From: Naegleria gruberi
Lineage: Eukaryota
Strand: one strand, 5' to 3'
Assembly: GCA_000004985.1 (NCBI GenBank)
Contig: GG738876.1
Length of the DNA: 64,000 nucleotides
The notes under the pieces are model-generated. The model saw only the letters and a list, made by a program, of their open reading frames with translations, was not told the origin of the DNA and searched no databases. Both the position numbers and the translations under genes were made by a program. This document shows, piece by piece, positions 58,979 to 64,000 of the stretch (within the stretch, counting starts at the first letter, position 1; every line of letters starts with the position of its first letter).

Positions 58979-59194
58979 GTTGTTCAATTATTATTCAGTT
59001 GTTGCTTTCTTTTTTTTTGAAAAGATAACTGAATGAATGGAATGCACATGTGTTCCAATGGATAACACATTTTGCTAGCATGGGAATACATCATTTTGGC
59101 AGATTGTCCAAATGTGGAAGTTGCATTTTTCAATACAATGACCAAATATTCACAGACATGGACAAATGGTGGCGTTGAGAGATACTGCTTCCAT

Positions 59195-60076
59195 TCATGG
59201 AAATTTGAATTTCTTCAAGTGAATTTTCAAGCCATGGATGCATGTTACATCAATATCTTCTTCCTTAAACTCCTCTTCTTTCTGTATTAAGGTTTCATGT
59301 TGTTTTGTTTTCTCCTCCGCATTGCCATCCCTATTACTCACATGATGTTGTAATTGATGATGTTCATGATGATGAGTATTCACCATTGGATTGATAGAGT
59401 ATTTTCTCCTATGAAAATCAATGCTATTACTTGTAAATATGTTAGTGGATTGAAAGTTGACATAACTTGCATGCAATAAACCTTCCTCTGATGCTGATAT
59501 GAATGGTAAAGATGAGGAAGGTATCTCCTCTCGTACTGGTTCTTGTACAGTAGAAGCAGCAGTTGCAGTAGCTGAAGATGCCTCAACATCCTCTGTACTA
59601 CTACAGGAGTATAGCAGAGGAGAGGATCCATCATACTGACTCTCACTGAGTGTATTGGTGGAAGAGTATTTGCTGTTTGATGTGGAGGATGAGGTCTTGG
59701 TGGCTATAGATGCATCCTCTATGGAAATAGATTCGGATGATGTCTGAACATGTGGTTCATTCACAACTTGGACTCCAGGAGATGCACTATGAAACCCTAG
59801 GACCATTTGTTTCTTGGAAGAGGATGCTTGTTCAACATTCTCTAAAGTAGCATTCATCTCGTAATGATTAGTGGAATCATCATCTTGTTGGTCTGTAATG
59901 TCTTTTTGAATAACATTCTCTTGATGTTCAGGAGTATTAATTGATGCAATTGTTTCAAACATAAGGAAGGATGAGAATCGACTGACCACTTGTCTGCCGA
60001 AACTCGATAAACCAAACACCAAGAGCAGCATGATTGAGCAAACTCCCTTAATAAACCTCTCTATCCAAACTATCAT
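59195..60076 (-). CDS. Hypothetical Ser-rich membrane-anchored protein
   Basis: The first ATG is at 60076; the track start at 60130 is TTG. There is an N-terminal hydrophobic helix (GVCSIMLLLVFGLSSF), a Ser/Thr-rich middle and a His-rich patch (HHHEHHQLQHH). Confidence 0.5.
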   Translation of the reverse strand: MIVWIERFIKGVCSIMLLLVFGLSSFGRQVVSRFSSFLMFETIASINTPEHQENVIQKDITDQQDDDSTNHYEMNATLENVEQASSSKKQMVLGFHSASPGVQVVNEPHVQTSSESISIEDASIATKTSSSTSNSKYSSTNTLSESQYDGSSPLLYSCSSTEDVEASSATATAASTVQEPVREEIPSSSLPFISASEEGLLHASYVNFQSTNIFTSNSIDFHRRKYSINPMVNTHHHEHHQLQHHVSNRDGNAEEKTKQHETLIQKEEEFKEEDIDVTCIHGLKIHLKKFKFP

Positions 60077-60966
60077 GTAAATATGTAAAAAATTGATGTG
60101 ATGATTGTTATAAGTGAAGATATTGAACAATCAAGTTGAAGAAAAGAGAGAGTGCGTTGATACTTTTTTAAATACACACTTGTGTGTGAAACAGAATATT
60201 GCGTGTCGTTGTTGATAATCTCGTTTTGTGTCTGTGTGTTGTGGTGTGAGAATTTAACAACCAACAACAACAACCAACTGTTTATGTACAATATGAGACT
60301 GTAAATGCATCATCTTATCAGCATCACACGAAATGGAGACCTTTGAGGGATTATTTGTTAATCATCCTCAAAGTGAAAATACGAATGGCGAAAGCATGAA
60401 TTAATTGGATTCAAAGAAAACATGCAGGGATCATGGCAAGTATATTTGGCAAGTCAAACGCCTTAAAATGTATAAAACAACTTTCCAAAAAAGCATCCCC
60501 TTACTTGCCTTAATAAATTATCTGACCTATCTAACACACTCGGGCTAATAAATTGTATCACCCTTCGCATTCCAATTTGTTATAGCATACATGAAATCCA
60601 TATTGAAACAACAAGCTTATATTTGATGACGAGATTCGGTCATTCGTTTACTTTATACTTTATAGGCGGGTGTTTGATTTTGGATCATGAAATTATCTAA
60701 TAAAGGTTGAATAATTTCCCAATTCATCAATTCATTCATTTCAATAATTATTTGTAGACCTGAAGAAGAATCTACAGCAAGAGAGTGTGATCTTTGACAT
60801 TTTCACATGTAGAGCAATTGGTATTCCTTAAATTTTCTCACATTTGTGAAATTAGAAGAAGAAGATTAACCTATTTCTTTAATCAATTCTATCAATTTAA
60901 TCAGTAATAATCTCAAAGATTATCAATTTCAAATTTTCTAAATTTTGATTAAAGTGTTTAAAAAAA

Positions 60967-62418
60967 ATGGAAATTGCTCATCAAGAAGCGCTCAATGTTG
61001 CTAATTTTCTCGTCATTGATGATATTATTTATGAGGTAATGACCTTTTTACATTCGGAATTTATCATTCGGAATTGTTTGATGGTTTCTAGGCAGTGGTA
61101 TGGTGTGGTGAGGAGAGTTTCTTTAGAATTGAATATTAAAAATTCTGATCAATTAAATTTATTAATTGATGGCTATGATGATGGACTGAATCCAAGAATG
61201 GGTCGATTAAATATTCTGCCACAAGTGAATAGGTTTATTTATGAGTATTATTCAAAACTTGGAAAGGATTTGGTGAGGAAAATAACAAATTCGATGAAGA
61301 ATTTGAGAGAATTGGTACTTGTTGGAGTTGAGTTAGAAATTGATGATGTTAAATGCTTGGTAAATAGTCAATTGACCAGTTTGGATGTTTGCGACAATAG
61401 TATTGGAGATGAAGGGGTTACTCTAATAGCTAATTCATTAAAGCAATTAACAAAATTAGGAATTGGACAAGTAGGAGTTGGAGATGAAGGTGTTAGACAG
61501 TTAGAAAAATTAACTCAACTTACAGAACTCGATGCTAGTTGTAACGATTTCACAATATCTGTTCTTGTACAGGTTATAGATAACTCTCTGAAGCAATTGA
61601 AAACACTTTCAGTTTATTCATGTAACATAGAAGATGAGCATATGAAAGATATTACCACTCTCTCCCAGTTGACATCCCTCTCGGTCGGTATCAATAGAAT
61701 AACCGGAAATTCATTGAAACTTATAGGATATTCAATGAAGGACTTAACATATTTGGAAGTTGCAAATAATGAAATTGGAGATGCAGGTACTGAATACCTT
61801 TGTAATTTGAAAAAATTGAAGGAGCTCAGTATTTCCTCAAACAAGATTAGCCAGTTAGGATTTGAACATATAAAATCCATGGACCAGTTGAGAATACTTC
61901 AATGCAATAACACCAACATAATGAACCAAGTATCTACAATGTCTCATTTGGAAACACTAGTCGTTATTAGCGATTGCAAAATTAATATTGAAATATTTGA
62001 AAGCATGAGCAAGAATATGAAAAGCTTGACGAAATTAAATCTATACAAAAATGCTATCAATGACATGGACTTTGTGAGGTTTATTGCTTCTATTCAGCAT
62101 TTACGTGAGCTGCACCTCGAAAGCTGTTCTATTAACGATAATTCAGTAGAAATTATTAGCTCAATCCAAAATTTAAGAGGTTTATTTGTCCCTTCAAATG
62201 ACATTACAGATGGCGGTGTAAAGCATTTAACAAAATTGACCAGTCTCAGAGAGCTGGACATTTACTGTAATCCTATTGGCCTTGAAGGTGTGAAAATTAT
62301 TAGTTCAGGATTAAAAGGATTGACCTCACTAACCATTAGCAAGAAAGATATTGGAGAAAGGGGACAATATTTGATTCGTTTAATGAATTTGGATACACTT
62401 ACTTATGTGGATAAATGA
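60967..62418 (+). CDS. F-box-like / RNI-type leucine-rich-repeat protein
   Basis: aaaaaaATG start. The N-terminal F-box-like segment is IDDIIYEVMTFLHSEFIIRNCLMVSRQWYGVV. It is followed by about 13 LRRs of the L..L.v..N.IgdeG type. Confidence 0.75.
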   Translation: MEIAHQEALNVANFLVIDDIIYEVMTFLHSEFIIRNCLMVSRQWYGVVRRVSLELNIKNSDQLNLLIDGYDDGLNPRMGRLNILPQVNRFIYEYYSKLGKDLVRKITNSMKNLRELVLVGVELEIDDVKCLVNSQLTSLDVCDNSIGDEGVTLIANSLKQLTKLGIGQVGVGDEGVRQLEKLTQLTELDASCNDFTISVLVQVIDNSLKQLKTLSVYSCNIEDEHMKDITTLSQLTSLSVGINRITGNSLKLIGYSMKDLTYLEVANNEIGDAGTEYLCNLKKLKELSISSNKISQLGFEHIKSMDQLRILQCNNTNIMNQVSTMSHLETLVVISDCKINIEIFESMSKNMKSLTKLNLYKNAINDMDFVRFIASIQHLRELHLESCSINDNSVEIISSIQNLRGLFVPSNDITDGGVKHLTKLTSLRELDIYCNPIGLEGVKIISSGLKGLTSLTISKKDIGERGQYLIRLMNLDTLTYVDK

Positions 62419-62980
62419 AAAACAAATTGTAAGATGTAGTTTAATGAGCTGGACTAGTGGCAAAACTATTTATTTTGGAAACATTTCACAAAAAATGGGA
62501 AACAATTCTCAAATCTTGAAGTGAGGTATAGCAAACATTTTGATGAATCAGATGATGATTATGAAACCTCTCTTAAATATTAGTAAGAACCAACTTTTAA
62601 TTTTCCTTGCCATTGGTGAATAGAAAGTTCTTGAAGATTCTTCTAACTTTCTTTGAAACATAGTAAATAGTTGAATTGGTAGCATGTTTTATCCAATACA
62701 GCATTCTCTTAATGTTGCACTTTTCTGCAATGGTAGCATACAGCATGAGATTGTGGCATAGCTCATTTGTGCAAGGAGATTCATCCATGATTTTAAGGTC
62801 TGCCCTTCATTGAATCTTCCCAAATCTATGCCAGCAAAATGACACAAATAGTCCAACATGAATGTTTTGACATTATTTTCAACTCAAAGTTTGGCGAAAC
62901 ATTTGTCGAATAATTTTTGAAAGATGTATGTTTTAATTCGGAAAATTTTAAATCTACATGTGTCCAGTTTACAAAAGATT

Positions 62981-63250
62981 TCAAGTACCAACTCTATAAA
63001 TTTCACTACTCATCAATTTCTTCCGCTGTTTTGCTTTCTTTTCCTGCAAATCTTCAGCAAATTCAAAAAAATCGGAACGAGTGCAAATAATTAGCAAATC
63101 AGAAAATTTCCCAAATTTGAAATTTTCTTCTTCCTCTTCTTGAACTTGCTGAAATAATTTGGTTTTAAATTGAAATTTGGAGTACATTTCCAACATTTCG
63201 GTGAAATAAATTGGTGCACTTCCTATGCAAATATGAACAATTGGTCTCAT
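62981..63250 (-). CDS. Hypothetical protein, probably the first exon of a longer spliced gene
   Basis: aaaaaaaaATG start at 63250. The 89-aa ORF ends just after a possible donor (aga|gttggt). The downstream minus-strand ORF 62597..62788 could be a later exon, but I could not place an unambiguous junction. Confidence 0.4.
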   Translation of the reverse strand: MRPIVHICIGSAPIYFTEMLEMYSKFQFKTKLFQQVQEEEEENFKFGKFSDLLIICTRSDFFEFAEDLQEKKAKQRKKLMSSEIYRVGT

Positions 63251-63440
63251 TTTTTTTTAATATTTAATTAAATTAAATATTTAAGTAGTATAATTTTGTT
63301 GTAAAGTATTGCTGCTTCAATTTAGCTCAACACATGTCCAAGCGCGTATTAATTCATTTTCATAAAATTCTATTACAATAAAATAATTAATACGTACTTC
63401 AAATTCTTAAAATGTAAGATCAACAACATTTCAAAAAAAA

Positions 63441-64000
63441 ATGAAAGCACAAGTCATTAATGATTATCTACAACCTTCTGAATTTAAATCTGATTGGGAA
63501 TTGCCAACATTCGATCCAAAGAGTGACCAAGTGATGGTTCGAATGAAATCATCTTCCATGAATCGTGGCGATTACACAATTAGAAGTGGAGCAGTCAAGA
63601 CTTTTGTTTCCTTAAAGTTTCCATATATTTTGGGAAAGGAAGGCAGTGGTATTGTGGAGAGAGTTGGAGAGAAGGTAAAATCAATTCAGATTGGTGAGCA
63701 AGTTGCTGGAATTTTTGGTGAGGTCACTAAAAATGGAACATTTGCAGAGTTTGCAGTTTTTAAAGAGAAGGAATTGGTTAGAAAACCTGATTGTCTGGAT
63801 TTTGATCAAGCTTCGATAATGCCTGCTATTGGAATGGCTATTGTGGAAATGTGTCGATCACATGATTGGATTTTACCAATTATTGAAAGAGAGGCAGATA
63901 GAATTGCCAATGGTCAAGGGCTGACACCAGAATATGATGAATCTGAAAAGAAATCCATGACCATTGTTGTGATTGGAGCTAGTTCAGGAACTGGATGTAT
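63441..64000 (+). CDS. Medium-chain dehydrogenase/reductase (zeta-crystallin / quinone oxidoreductase-like), 5' part; runs off the window
   Basis: This gene is not in the ORF track because there is no stop before the window end. aaaaaaaaATG start at 63441. Hand translation gives MKAQVINDY...DQVMVRMKSSSMNRGDYTIRSG...FPYILGKEGSGIVERVGEKVKSIQIGEQVAG...GTFAEFAVFKEKELVRKP...MTIVVIGASSGTGC. This matches the MDR GroES-like domain plus the start of a Rossmann fold. Confidence 0.75.
   Translation, partial: MKAQVINDYLQPSEFKSDWELPTFDPKSDQVMVRMKSSSMNRGDYTIRSGAVKTFVSLKFPYILGKEGSGIVERVGEKVKSIQIGEQVAGIFGEVTKNGTFAEFAVFKEKELVRKPDCLDFDQASIMPAIGMAIVEMCRSHDWILPIIEREADRIANGQGLTPEYDESEKKSMTIVVIGASSGTGC

Noticed and set aside
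62597-62788. ORF 62597..62788 (-, 63 aa) as an independent gene
   Set aside because: There is no A-run/ATG context. It is more likely a downstream exon of the gene starting at 63250, but the only in-phase junction I found needs an intron of about 215 nt with a weak donor, so I did not annotate it.
1-64000. Interpreting the window as a prokaryotic, phage or defence-island locus made of operons and novel defence systems
   Set aside because: Multiple genes only make sense after removal of short GT-AG introns (PRP19, PrpB-like, G-alpha-like, Zn2Cys6 A/B, FkbM). The tRNAs lack an encoded CCA and have Pol III T-run terminators. Starts have A-run leaders rather than Shine-Dalgarno sites. The content includes spliceosome, F-box, actin, G-alpha and RGS genes. 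The bacterial-type enzymes present are scattered, use host codon bias, and some contain introns.
1-64000. Mobile elements (transposase, reverse transcriptase or integrase ORFs, LTRs or terminal inverted repeats)
   Set aside because: I looked through all ORFs and the long spacers (13327..13854, 17410..18062, 35057..35980, 50001..50557, 60131..60966). I found no such coding signatures and no obvious long direct or inverted repeats. Short repeats could have been missed without a computational self-comparison.

Overview
This window is eukaryotic nuclear DNA, not prokaryotic. It is AT-rich and gene-dense, with about 40 protein-coding genes on both strands and short spacers. The GT-AG introns I could place by hand are short (42-102 nt). 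More than 20 start codons are preceded directly by a run of A. There are two Pol III tRNA genes, each with a T6 terminator and no encoded CCA. Many proteins carry N/Q/S low-complexity tracts, and there is one 50-N assembly gap. I found no rRNA, CRISPR array, transposase, reverse transcriptase or integrase.

The gene content mixes core eukaryotic genes (PRP19, a peroxisomal-type ABCD transporter, an actin-family fragment, MGMT) with many F-box/LRR/Kelch proteins, G-protein signalling genes, three Zn2Cys6 regulators and several bacterial-type enzymes. The bacterial-type enzymes are a penicillin/AHL-acylase, methylisocitrate lyase, an FkbM methyltransferase and an MDR oxidoreductase. This fits a free-living, bacterivorous amoeboid protist, possibly a Naegleria-like heterolobosean, but that is inference only.

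Most interesting observations:
- A receptor-like RGS protein (TM, helical ectodomain, TM, RGS box) lies tail-to-tail, 23 bp away, from a G-alpha-like gene whose GTP-binding motifs are eroded.
- A non-Rpb1 protein carries RNA polymerase II CTD-type YSPTSPS heptads.
- A penicillin/AHL-acylase homologue with an intact Ser nucleophile is anchored by three TM helices.
- Two Zn2Cys6 regulator paralogues sit in tandem, with a third elsewhere in the window.
- An actin paralogue is precisely truncated at the 5' end.
- There are two extreme-composition secreted or surface proteins, one Lys/Cys-rich and one Pro/Arg/His repeat.

Several ORF-track pairs are really single spliced genes, and exon coordinates are given for these. 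Some ORF-track starts are non-ATG codons, and I moved those to the first ATG.
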